This document shows, in pieces, positions 26,471 through 35,704 of a stretch of DNA of 64,000 nucleotides (positions within the stretch are counted from its first letter, which is position 1; the number at the start of each line of letters is the position of its first letter). The stretch is from a virus. Taxonomy: Duplodnaviria > Caudoviricetes. The notes under the pieces are model-generated. The model worked only from the letters and a program-made list of their open reading frames with translations, had not been told where the DNA came from and made no database searches. Location: the IMG/VR virus record IMGVR_UViG_3300025723_000013. One strand, given 5' to 3'. A program made the position numbers and the translations under genes.

Positions 26471-27298
26471 TTAGGTCCAAGTAAATCTAACGATGCCGGA
26501 ATTGCCAGGAAGACCAGGTGCAGGGGGCGAGTTTCTGCCCCCTGATACACCACCACGCCCGCCGGCACCACCCGAAGGACTACTGACTCCTGGACCTGTG
26601 ACGCTTAATCCTCCGGTGTTGAAACACCCGGGATTTCCAGAAATATTCGTATTGCCTCCTAATCCTGCAGCACCTCCCGATCCAACCGGTCCTTGACCTC
26701 CAAAACCAAGCAAACCTTGTCCTCCTCCGGGTGCAGTCATGGAAAAAGATCCAATACTTGTACTGCTAATTGTGCTTGTGCCCCCAGGTGTGCTGCCGCT
26801 ACCGCCGGCTCCGACTGTGTAGTTTACAAAATAAGAAGGATTGGACCAATAGGTTGACCTAGGAGTTGGCAAACTGTAAGTGAGTTTTCCATAAGCTCCG
26901 CTGCCTCCGCCGCCGCCCGATCCAGGACAGCCAGGACAGCCTGGACAAGCTACAGGGCGGTATCTTCCGGTTCCGCCTCCGCCTCCGCCACCCCATGCTT
27001 CTATAGTAACTGAAAGAGTGCCGGAAGGCACAGTAGTAGTTCCCGAAAGCGGAGTATTGACTGTGGGAGCGGAATAACTAGTAGTAGTATTAGCTCCAGC
27101 CGTGGCTCCTATAAAACTGCTCAATTTCAACGGATTGGCGGCACTGTATGGACCCGAGGTAACACCGGTAGTCCCTGTAGTATTTGCAACATACTGGCCT
27201 CCTTTTACGTATGAGTTGAGGTCAGTGGCAGCAGGTTGAGGTCCTCCTGGGCCAAATCTAGTTATTACCGTGTTTAGTGTTATTGCACCACCAGACAT
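26471..27298 (-). CDS. Glycine-rich tail fibre adhesin-like protein (gp38-type architecture)
   Basis: N-terminal ITLNTV..F..DLNSYVKGG..PLKLSSFIG attachment-like domain; IEAWGGGGGGG and further polyglycine motifs; GIVRFTW end. Confidence 0.6.
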   Translation of the reverse strand: MSGGAITLNTVITRFGPGGPQPAATDLNSYVKGGQYVANTTGTTGVTSGPYSAANPLKLSSFIGATAGANTTTSYSAPTVNTPLSGTTTVPSGTLSVTIEAWGGGGGGGTGRYRPVACPGCPGCPGSGGGGGSGAYGKLTYSLPTPRSTYWSNPSYFVNYTVGAGGSGSTPGGTSTISSTSIGSFSMTAPGGGQGLLGFGGQGPVGSGGAAGLGGNTNISGNPGCFNTGGLSVTGPGVSSPSGGAGGRGGVSGGRNSPPAPGLPGNSGIVRFTWT

Positions 27299-27309
27299 AG
27301 CTTAATTCC

Positions 27310-27387
27310 TCATCCCAATTGCTCAATCACACAAGAATAATTTGTGTTGCTAGCCACGCTGAACTGTTGTGCTGTCACGCGATACAT
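27310..27387 (-). CDS. 25-aa mini-ORF or remnant of a fibre C-terminus
   Basis: MYRVTAQQFSVASNTNYSCVIEQLG*; in frame after TAA-CAT of upstream gene; AGGAG 11 nt upstream. Confidence 0.35.
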   Translation of the reverse strand: MYRVTAQQFSVASNTNYSCVIEQLG

Positions 27388-27390
27388 ATG

Positions 27391-28488
27391 TTAGTATGCT
27401 CCTAAAAATTGTGTAATCTGCCACTGACTGCGCAAAGCGCTGTATTGCACAACAACGTCGTACTCCTTGCCCGAAGTCATAGTCAGTGGAAATGTTACTG
27501 TTGTTCCTGTTGAAGGTAACTTATAGGAGGCGCTCATGGTCAATGTGTAGGAGCCACCACTGGACAAAATGCGCAAGTAGCAGGTGTCGTTGTCTCCTGT
27601 GCCGGTTGGAGTGTTGATTGTTAAGTTATTGGTAGCGGTAATTGCATAGCGTACAACTGCATTAGCTACCACGGGTGTAATAGTTGCTGCGTAGGCTAAC
27701 GGAGTGTAGGCACTGGAGCCAGAGGCGTTGTTAGGAACTGCTACGCCATTGATGTACAGCCCTGTTGCGTTAAGCGTTCCTGCTCCTTGATTACCGCCGG
27801 TAGCTGATCCAACAACTACGCCACCGCTTGATCCAATATCCAAGGTCAATGAAAAATCGGTAATTTGGTTACCTCCCAATATTGTCGAATTAGACGAATA
27901 GAAAGAAGCGCCGCCGCCGTATCCACCTAAACGGAGAACGGTGGGTTTTACATTCGTACCGCCTTGTTTGTACCAATTTCCACTACCGTCGCCTAAATAA
28001 GCACTGCCAGTAAAGAACGCATCGTAAGCCGGAGAATTGCCAATATTAGAAGAATATCCAGCAATTACAAAACCATAAGCTGTGCCGCCATTCACTGATA
28101 AAGTTGCATTTGGCGTACTTGCATTGCTGTTGACTGAAACCAATGAGTTGTTAATTCCAACTGCAACATTGACATAATTTCCAGCTATGCCCGACGTTGT
28201 AGAATAGATAGGCGCTGCACCAAACGTCCCTGAACTGTTAATTTGAACTTGAGTATTTGAACCTGCAGGCACAGCAGTCGTTGATGTGGTAACAGAATAC
28301 CCATTTATATATACGCTTGTGGCTGTGATTGCTCCGCCAACCACTAGTCCACCGCCAATGCCTGCTCCACCTACTACTGTTAATGCGCCAGTCGTGGTAG
28401 ACGTTGACTGATTGCTGCCTGTCACAAACAGTTGCGAGTTAACTGTTGCTGTGCCGTATACTATTGTTCCTGATTGTAATTTAGCCAT
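27391..28488 (-). CDS. Tail fibre-associated protein
   Basis: 365 aa S/T/G-rich; GALTVVGGAGIGG; GGNQGAGTLNA; TAAATA-ATACACT-ATG. Confidence 0.7.
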   Translation of the reverse strand: MAKLQSGTIVYGTATVNSQLFVTGSNQSTSTTTGALTVVGGAGIGGGLVVGGAITATSVYINGYSVTTSTTAVPAGSNTQVQINSSGTFGAAPIYSTTSGIAGNYVNVAVGINNSLVSVNSNASTPNATLSVNGGTAYGFVIAGYSSNIGNSPAYDAFFTGSAYLGDGSGNWYKQGGTNVKPTVLRLGGYGGGASFYSSNSTILGGNQITDFSLTLDIGSSGGVVVGSATGGNQGAGTLNATGLYINGVAVPNNASGSSAYTPLAYAATITPVVANAVVRYAITATNNLTINTPTGTGDNDTCYLRILSSGGSYTLTMSASYKLPSTGTTVTFPLTMTSGKEYDVVVQYSALRSQWQITQFLGAY

Positions 28489-28521
28489 AGTGTATTATTT
28501 ATTAATTTTTGTAGTGATTAT

Positions 28522-30714
28522 TTAAACCACAGTTACCAATGTGGAATAAATGACGGTTTCGTTTGCGTCGTACACATTCAGTGTGCGATTTATTCCCGAA
28601 GTCAATTGCCCTCTATTGAACAAGAACGTGATTTGCGTTGCTGTCCATGACGTTAGTATTTGAGGTTCTGAGTATGTGCCATCTGTGATTTCCACTCGAG
28701 CCCAGGTTAGGTCATGATAGATATCAGTGACATTGAACGCATTTGGAGATCCATAATATGCATCAGGGGTACTGAGAACATTGCCGCCGTAGTTGACAAG
28801 TGCTCCGTTTCCGTTTTCTGTAGCGGTTGTGGCTGCAAACCATGTGGTTGAATTACTGAATGCTGTGCCTGCGTAAGCCAATGCAGGATAATTGGGTATA
28901 ATTATTGGTATATCGATATTGCTATTACTGTTTTGAGCGGGTAAAGAGCTGCTTTGAGCATACATAGTTTTCTGATTTATGCGATTACGCAGCAGTGTGG
29001 CTGTAGTGGCTGATCCTGCCAATATCCTGTGTTCGTATCTATTCCAATTGGTCCAATCAGGCGCGATATTTGTTGTTGTACTTTGTCCCAACCCCAAACT
29101 TCCCGCTATATTAGCTGTGGGATTAAAATTGGTGGACGTTGTCAAAATACTACCTGTATTGCCGTTAACTATATTCAGTTGCAAAGACGGAGTTAGGGAG
29201 TTAACTCCAATAATAAATTGGACTTGACCCAAACTGGTGGCGCTGGTGTACACTGTGGTTGGGCCAAACACTCTTCTAAGAAAAATATTGTTGTTAGCAG
29301 CTAGCCCTGAGGAAGGACCATTTACTTTAAGTTTATAGCTTATATATTCTCCGGCATAATTGGTACCGGTAAACCCGGACATGTTTTCCAGTAACCCCAA
29401 ATGATATCTGTCCGATACTCCTGGAGCAGGAGGAGGGTTTGAAGAAGCCTGGAAAAAATAGCCTCCTGCGGATATGTTTGCAGGAAAAATGCCATCCATA
29501 TTTTCAATGATATTTGGTGCTGGAACAGTTTGTACTGACCCGTAATTATTCCATATGGCGGTCATGCCTCCAATCACTGCGTTCCATCCTGCATCAGTGT
29601 ATGTCAAAGGTTGACCTTGATCAAAGGCTGTCCACATGTAATGCAAATGCTGTTGCCCCTGCCAGGTGTAATTATTGTAATTATAACTGACTCTTGTGCC
29701 AAATGTACCGCTGGTTGTGATTGAGTATGTCTGCCCATGTATGTATCCTGATGAAGAATTAATAGTCAGTTCATCAAAAAATCCAGAAATTTGACAGGTT
29801 CCAGTATTTGAAACACGTTTTTGCGGTGCCGATAAAAACGGTGTTAGTGTGCTGTAAGCCACTGTTCCGCTGTTGATCAACGTGAATCCGTTGCCACTAG
29901 AATCAGTAATATAGCTAGAGCTATTGGCCACTGCTAACAGCAACTGTGCATTATACACCGTCTTTAAAGGGGCCACAGATGGAGTAAAGTTACCGGTATA
30001 CACAGCCGTGTTGTTGATATATCGCAAACTGCTCATATATCCTTGATATGTTCCAGTATTGGACGAGCCTCCAATAAAAATACCCGGATCACTGTTTGTG
30101 GTAGAGGTTAAAGATCCTATACTGGTGGATGTTGTGGTATTGGTTGAAGTTGATATTACAAATGATGCACCCGCTACTCCATTAACATAGGAGGTCAGTA
30201 TTGATGCTGTGGACAAAACGCCGCCCGGCGTGCTGTTGGAAACAAATGCTATATGCGACCAAGTGCCCGTAGAAATTGGAGAGAGATAAACTGAAGAATA
30301 TCCATAAAGATTGTAAAATAAAGTTGCACTGTTGGAAGCATTGGTTATGCCAAACGCCATCCTATTATTGGCTTCATTTCCAATGCTTACAATAGTTTGT
30401 GTTGAGCTGGTGAGAGGATAAATCCAGGCCTCCAACGTGAACGGACTAAAAGACGAATACAAAGTAAAGATAGAACCCGTGTTGCTCAGCAACGATGTAG
30501 CCGATCCACTAAAATAAATAGATCCTCCTGGATTAGGAACTAACCCGTAATTTGTTACTTCATCTAAATTTCCGCTGACAAAATAAGATGATGTAGAACT
30601 GCCATTGCCGTAACTTTCTACAGAAGTTGCTCCCTTCTTGGTTACTTCATCAACTGTGGAATTGGTTAAAAAATTCCCACCGTTGGTTAATCTAGTTACA
30701 AGGGTAGACGGCAT
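28522..30714 (-). CDS. LamG/ConA-like lectin domain virion protein with unknown C-terminal domain
   Basis: FTLEAWIYP..TWSHIAFV..YVNGV..GYMSSLRYI..VYTGNFTP. Confidence 0.75.
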   Translation of the reverse strand: MPSTLVTRLTNGGNFLTNSTVDEVTKKGATSVESYGNGSSTSSYFVSGNLDEVTNYGLVPNPGGSIYFSGSATSLLSNTGSIFTLYSSFSPFTLEAWIYPLTSSTQTIVSIGNEANNRMAFGITNASNSATLFYNLYGYSSVYLSPISTGTWSHIAFVSNSTPGGVLSTASILTSYVNGVAGASFVISTSTNTTTSTSIGSLTSTTNSDPGIFIGGSSNTGTYQGYMSSLRYINNTAVYTGNFTPSVAPLKTVYNAQLLLAVANSSSYITDSSGNGFTLINSGTVAYSTLTPFLSAPQKRVSNTGTCQISGFFDELTINSSSGYIHGQTYSITTSGTFGTRVSYNYNNYTWQGQQHLHYMWTAFDQGQPLTYTDAGWNAVIGGMTAIWNNYGSVQTVPAPNIIENMDGIFPANISAGGYFFQASSNPPPAPGVSDRYHLGLLENMSGFTGTNYAGEYISYKLKVNGPSSGLAANNNIFLRRVFGPTTVYTSATSLGQVQFIIGVNSLTPSLQLNIVNGNTGSILTTSTNFNPTANIAGSLGLGQSTTTNIAPDWTNWNRYEHRILAGSATTATLLRNRINQKTMYAQSSSLPAQNSNSNIDIPIIIPNYPALAYAGTAFSNSTTWFAATTATENGNGALVNYGGNVLSTPDAYYGSPNAFNVTDIYHDLTWARVEITDGTYSEPQILTSWTATQITFLFNRGQLTSGINRTLNVYDANETVIYSTLVTVV

Positions 30715-30717
30715 GAC

Positions 30718-33700
30718 TTATCCAAACACAGTATCTAAACTGTTGGTGGCTGTGTTAAAGTACTGATACACTGCACTGGTGTTAGTAACGCTTGATACCC
30801 AGTGTATGGCATTGCCTACATATAAAGCGCCTCCGATGCCCACACCACCTACCACTGTTAATGCGCCCGAATTGGTCGAGATGCTGGTCAGAGTGCTCAA
30901 TACTTGCACTGCGGCTGTGGTACTGGTTGACAGCAATAACATATCAACTGTGCTAGTAGATCCATTGAGCACAAAGTGCAAGTTGTTGTTATTGTAGGTA
31001 CCAATAGTTAAGTCGCTGCCTACTGATTCCAAGAAGCTGGCACCGGGCAAGCTGAAGCTGTTGTTGGCATATCCAGCAGCTGAATAGCTGTAGTTGGTGC
31101 TGTTAACACCCATTTCCATGTACGTGGTATAGCCATTGTTGGCCACTTCATAGCTGGCATAGGCGGTGTTGGCACTGTTGTTGTTAATTAAAACAACATT
31201 GCTATATGTGTTGTCGTTGCCGGCAAATGTGGCTATTTGTCCTGTAAATGTATTAACATAAATGCCAACATTCAATGCTCCGGCTGTGCTTGGGGTGTTT
31301 GATTGATAGGCAATATTGACGTTGCCTCCTACGCCCACTCCGCCTGAAACCTGTAAAGCTCCTGTAACAGTTGAGATCGAAGTCGCGGTATTGGTCAATG
31401 TCAATATGCTAGAGAACGGATTGGTTATTCCGCCACTTGCGCCACTGGACCCGGTGTATCCCGAAGCTGTGCTGGCTGAACCCACATATCCCTGAACGCC
31501 CAGTGTTGATGCCAGTTGCCATCCATTTGAAGAATTATCATATACAAATGTGGCCTGAATGCTCTTGACATTTAATAATATGTTTTGATTGAGGCCATTT
31601 ATATTATTGCCGTTGTTGTTTATAGTTAAATTGTTGTTAGCCCAACTAGAGCCATCCATCACCACCACAAATGAGCCCGTAGTGGGCGAGGCGGGCAAGG
31701 TCAGCGTAAATGCTCCGCCTGAAGTATCCGCAATGTATGACGTGTTGATAGTGGCCGTTGTCGCGGAAGTTATTCTTACATAATTTAGATAGCCGGAACT
31801 TCCTATAAATCCAATGCTGCCTGTATATCCGGTTGATCCTGTATATCCCGTTGATCCAACAAATCCAACAGATCCCACAAATCCTGTGGAACCCACTGAT
31901 CCGGTATATCCAACGGATCCTGTAAATCCAATGGTACCTGTGGAACCACCTGATCCTGTATATCCAACTGATCCTAGATAACCAACAGATCCGGTATAGC
32001 CTGGGATTTGGCTAGCTGCTCCTACGCTACCAATGTAACCAACGGATCCAAGATAACCGATAGATCCGGTATAGCCAATGGATCCGATATAGCCAGCGGA
32101 TCCTGTATAGCCAATGGATCCGGTATAGCCAATGGATCCCGCATATCCAACCGATCCTGTATATCCTGATGCAGTGCTAGCAGATCCGACGTATCCAATA
32201 CTGCCTGTGAATCCAACAGAGCCAGTATAACCGATGCTGCCTGCATATCCAATACTGCCTGCATATCCAATACTGCCTGTGAATCCTGTTGACCCTATAA
32301 ATCCAGTGGTACCTGTAGAACCCACTGAGCCAATATAACCCGTTGATCCAACAAACCCAGTAGTGCCTGTGGAACCCACTGATCCTATAAATCCAACGGA
32401 TCCTGTAAATCCAATGGTACCTGTGGAACCCACTGAGCCAATATAACCCGTTGATCCAACAAATCCAGTGGTACCTGTGGAACCCACTGATCCTACAAAA
32501 CCAGTAGTGCCTGTTGACCCACTGGATCCGGTGTACCCTGTTGATCCAACGAACCCAGTAGTACCTGTGGAACCCACTGAGCCTATAAATCCAGTTGATC
32601 CTGTAAAGCCAGTGGTACCTGTGGAACCCACTGATCCTGTGTATCCAATTGATCCTACAAAACCAGTGGTACCTGTGGAACCCACCGATCCTGTGTATCC
32701 GATACTACCAACAAATCCAGTGGTACCTGTGGAACCCACTGATCCTACGAATCCAGTGGTACCTGTGGAACCCACTGATCCTACGAATCCAACGGATCCT
32801 GTAAATCCAATGGTACCTGTGGAACCCACTGACCCTACGAATCCAGTGGTACCTGTGGAACCCACTGATCCTACGAATCCAACTGATCCTGTAAATCCAA
32901 TGGTACCTGTGGAACCCACTGATCCTACGAATCCAGTGGTACCTGTGGAACCCACTGATCCTACGAATCCAACGGATCCTGTAAATCCAATGGTACCTGT
33001 GGAACCCACTGATCCTACGAATCCAGTTGATCCTACGAATCCAATTGATCCTGTAAATCCGATTGTGCCAGTAGAACCCACTGATCCTACGAATCCAGTG
33101 GTACCTGTGGAACCCACCGATCCTGTGTATCCGATACTACCAACAAACCCAGTAGTACCTGTGGAACCCACTGATCCTACAAATCCAGTGGTACCTGTGG
33201 AACCCACTGATCCTACGAATCCAACTGATCCAACAAATCCAGTGGTACCTGTGGAACCCACTGATCCTACAAATCCAATGGTACCGGTGGAACCCACTGA
33301 TCCTGTGTATCCGATACTCCCAACAAACCCAGTAGTGCCAGTAGAACCCACTGATCCAATATATCCGATACTGCCTGTGAATCCGATTGAACCAGCAAAC
33401 CCAGTGGACCCGGTATAACCAGTGGACCCGGTATAACCAGTGGACCCAATATATCCCGGAACTTGGCTAGCTGCTCCTACACTACCAGTATAGCCAATAG
33501 ATCCGTTATAGCCAATGGATCCTGCATATCCTGTGGATCCAACAAATCCAACATTACCGATTGATCCGGTATAGCCGACGTACCCAACGGATCCTGAATA
33601 GCCAGCACTTCCAATATACCCAGTTGAACCTGTATAGCCAGTTGAACCTGTATAGCCAGGCTGTATACTAGCTGAACCAATATATCCTATCGGACCAAGT

Positions 33701-35589
33701 GAACCAATGTATCCTGCACTGCCTACAAACCCAGATGCAGTGCTGGCCGAGCCGGTATATCCCACGGATCCTGCATATCCCGAAGCGGTACTGGCCGAGC
33801 CGGTATATCCAATGCTGCCGGTATATCCCACAGATCCTGCATAGCCCGATGCTGTACTAGCCGAACCGGTATAACCTGCGCCTGTACTTCCGGTATATCC
33901 AACGGATCCTGCGTATCCTGAAGCGGTACTGGCCGAGCCGGTATATCCCACGGATCCTGCATATCCCGAAGCGGTACTGGCCGAGCCGGTATATCCAATG
34001 CTGCCGGTATATCCCACAGATCCTGCATAGCCCGATGCTGTACTAGCCGAACCGGTATAACCTGCGCCTGTACTTCCGGTATATCCAACGGATCCTGCGT
34101 ATCCTGAAGCGGTACTGGCCGAGCCGGTATATCCCACGGATCCTGCATATCCCGAAGCGGTACTGGCCGAGCCGGTATATCCAATGCTGCCGGTATATCC
34201 CACAGATCCTGCATAGCCCGATGCTGTACTAGCCGAACCGGTATATCCAATGCTGCCGGTATATCCCAAGGATCCTGTGTATCCTGAAGCGGTACTAGCC
34301 GACCCGGTATATCCTGTTGAACCGGCGAATCCTAAGGATCCTGTGTATCCCGAAACAGTACTGGCCGAGCCGGTATATCCTGTTGAACCGGCGAATCCTA
34401 AGGATCCTGTGTATCCCGAAACAGTACTGGCCGAGCCGGTATATCCAATGCTGCCGGTATATCCTGCGGAACCTGTAAATCCTTGTGATCCTATGTAGCC
34501 AATCGATCCAGTATAACCAAGAGACCCAGTGAAGCCAATAGGTCCCAACGATCCTGTATATCCTGCGGATCCAGTATAACTCACGGATCCAGTATATCCG
34601 GTTGACCCGGTTGATCCTGTGTATCCAGTCGAACCGTTATATCCAGTGGATCCAGTATAACTGCTACTGCCTGTAAAACCAATTGGTCCTATCGAACCTG
34701 TATACCCAAAATTGCCACTGCTCCCTTGTGATCCTATATAACCAATAGAACCATTATAACCCTGCGCACCCAGTGTTGAAACCACTTGCCATCCGCTAGA
34801 AAGATTATTATAAACAAATATAACTTCTATGCCTTTGACATTAAGCAATACATTGGTGCTGGAGCTTTCAATATTACTGCCATTGTTATATACGGTTAAT
34901 GGATATGCCGCCCAATTATTGCCATCAACTACGGCTACAAATGTACCCGTAGATGGATTAGACGGTAACGTTAACCCAAAAGATCCGTTAGTGGTATCGG
35001 CTATGTACTGCGTATTTGCTGTAGCTGTGGTATCAGCGGTTATTCTAATAAAATAGGGACTGCTTCCGGCACCCGAATTCCAAATGGTTACATTACCAGT
35101 ACTGGTGTTTATGTACGTGCCGGTTCCTGCCGTAATTGATTGCACTCCGGTAGTGGTGGTCAAGACCAAAGAATTGCCACTATAAACAGCGGTGGCATAC
35201 AGCTTGCCTCCTACTCCAACTCCGCCTGCTACAGTCAATGCCCCGGTGGTAGTTGAGCTTGATCCTGTCGGATTGGTGATCGAGATTGCATTGCTAGTTA
35301 CGGACCCAAAATTGGTTACAAGTTGTAATGTACCTGTATTTGAAATTGCTACAGTACCCGAACCTACGGTAGTAACGGAAATTCCCGGGCCGGCTTGTAC
35401 GACCACTCCGCCAGTTAATGTGGTTAATACTTGCGCTCCTGCTGCATAAATTATTCCAGAAACATTTAATGATCCACCAATTCCTGCTCCGCCTGCTACA
35501 ATCAGGGCGCCGGACGAAGTTCCTGTACTAATGGCAGTAGATTCTACTACCAATCCATTTTTTACATAAAAATTGTTGTTTGTTGCCAT
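30718..35589 (-). CDS. Collagen-like long tail fibre 1 (1623 aa)
   Basis: About 990 aa of Gly-X-Y (GYTGSx) flanked by two copies of an IADT..TLP..P..G..V..DG..W domain; four GALxVxGGxGxGG motifs. Confidence 0.8.
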   Translation of the reverse strand: MATNNNFYVKNGLVVESTAISTGTSSGALIVAGGAGIGGSLNVSGIIYAAGAQVLTTLTGGVVVQAGPGISVTTVGSGTVAISNTGTLQLVTNFGSVTSNAISITNPTGSSSTTTGALTVAGGVGVGGKLYATAVYSGNSLVLTTTTGVQSITAGTGTYINTSTGNVTIWNSGAGSSPYFIRITADTTATANTQYIADTTNGSFGLTLPSNPSTGTFVAVVDGNNWAAYPLTVYNNGSNIESSSTNVLLNVKGIEVIFVYNNLSSGWQVVSTLGAQGYNGSIGYIGSQGSSGNFGYTGSIGPIGFTGSSSYTGSTGYNGSTGYTGSTGSTGYTGSVSYTGSAGYTGSLGPIGFTGSLGYTGSIGYIGSQGFTGSAGYTGSIGYTGSASTVSGYTGSLGFAGSTGYTGSASTVSGYTGSLGFAGSTGYTGSASTASGYTGSLGYTGSIGYTGSASTASGYAGSVGYTGSIGYTGSASTASGYAGSVGYTGSASTASGYAGSVGYTGSTGAGYTGSASTASGYAGSVGYTGSIGYTGSASTASGYAGSVGYTGSASTASGYAGSVGYTGSTGAGYTGSASTASGYAGSVGYTGSIGYTGSASTASGYAGSVGYTGSASTASGFVGSAGYIGSLGPIGYIGSASIQPGYTGSTGYTGSTGYIGSAGYSGSVGYVGYTGSIGNVGFVGSTGYAGSIGYNGSIGYTGSVGAASQVPGYIGSTGYTGSTGYTGSTGFAGSIGFTGSIGYIGSVGSTGTTGFVGSIGYTGSVGSTGTIGFVGSVGSTGTTGFVGSVGFVGSVGSTGTTGFVGSVGSTGTTGFVGSIGYTGSVGSTGTTGFVGSVGSTGTIGFTGSIGFVGSTGFVGSVGSTGTIGFTGSVGFVGSVGSTGTTGFVGSVGSTGTIGFTGSVGFVGSVGSTGTTGFVGSVGSTGTIGFTGSVGFVGSVGSTGTTGFVGSVGSTGTTGFVGSIGYTGSVGSTGTTGFVGSIGYTGSVGSTGTTGFTGSTGFIGSVGSTGTTGFVGSTGYTGSSGSTGTTGFVGSVGSTGTTGFVGSTGYIGSVGSTGTIGFTGSVGFIGSVGSTGTTGFVGSTGYIGSVGSTGTTGFIGSTGFTGSIGYAGSIGYAGSIGYTGSVGFTGSIGYVGSASTASGYTGSVGYAGSIGYTGSIGYTGSAGYIGSIGYTGSIGYLGSVGYIGSVGAASQIPGYTGSVGYLGSVGYTGSGGSTGTIGFTGSVGYTGSVGSTGFVGSVGFVGSTGYTGSTGYTGSIGFIGSSGYLNYVRITSATTATINTSYIADTSGGAFTLTLPASPTTGSFVVVMDGSSWANNNLTINNNGNNINGLNQNILLNVKSIQATFVYDNSSNGWQLASTLGVQGYVGSASTASGYTGSSGASGGITNPFSSILTLTNTATSISTVTGALQVSGGVGVGGNVNIAYQSNTPSTAGALNVGIYVNTFTGQIATFAGNDNTYSNVVLINNNSANTAYASYEVANNGYTTYMEMGVNSTNYSYSAAGYANNSFSLPGASFLESVGSDLTIGTYNNNNLHFVLNGSTSTVDMLLLSTSTTAAVQVLSTLTSISTNSGALTVVGGVGIGGALYVGNAIHWVSSVTNTSAVYQYFNTATNSLDTVFG
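32721..33027. repeat. 90-bp near-perfect tandem repeat, ~3.4 copies
   Basis: tggtacctgtggaacccactga... recurs in register at 32721, 32811, 32901, 32991. Confidence 0.8.
33743..34245. repeat. 186-bp exact tandem repeat, ~2.7 copies (62 aa)
   Basis: ctggccgagccggtatatcccacgg starts at 33743, 33929, 34115. Confidence 0.9.
34304..34446. repeat. 66-bp exact tandem repeat, ~2.2 copies
   Basis: ccggtatatcc starts at 34304, 34370, 34436. Confidence 0.8.
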
Positions 35590-35686
35590 TAGTTTTCCAC
35601 TATAGTAACGGAGTAATGTTACTTTTGTTATTTATTGATTTTAAATAAATCAAATGCACATAATTTAAGGCAATTATGCCCTAATT
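35590..35686 (-). promoter_or_regulatory. Hairpin, late promoter TAAATA (35629-35634) and hairpinned leader of fibre 1
   Basis: Hairpins TTAGGGCA-TAAT-TGCCTTAA, AGTAAC-8-GTTACT, TAGT-GGAAA-ACTA. Confidence 0.5.
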
Positions 35687-35704
35687 TGGACTCCACAGTA
35701 TAAA

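Larger units (their letters stand above)
31790..34770 (-). repeat. Collagen-like GYTGSx / GFVGSx repeat region of fibre 1
   Basis: Near-continuous Gly-X-Y with recurring SASTAS interruptions. Confidence 0.9.
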
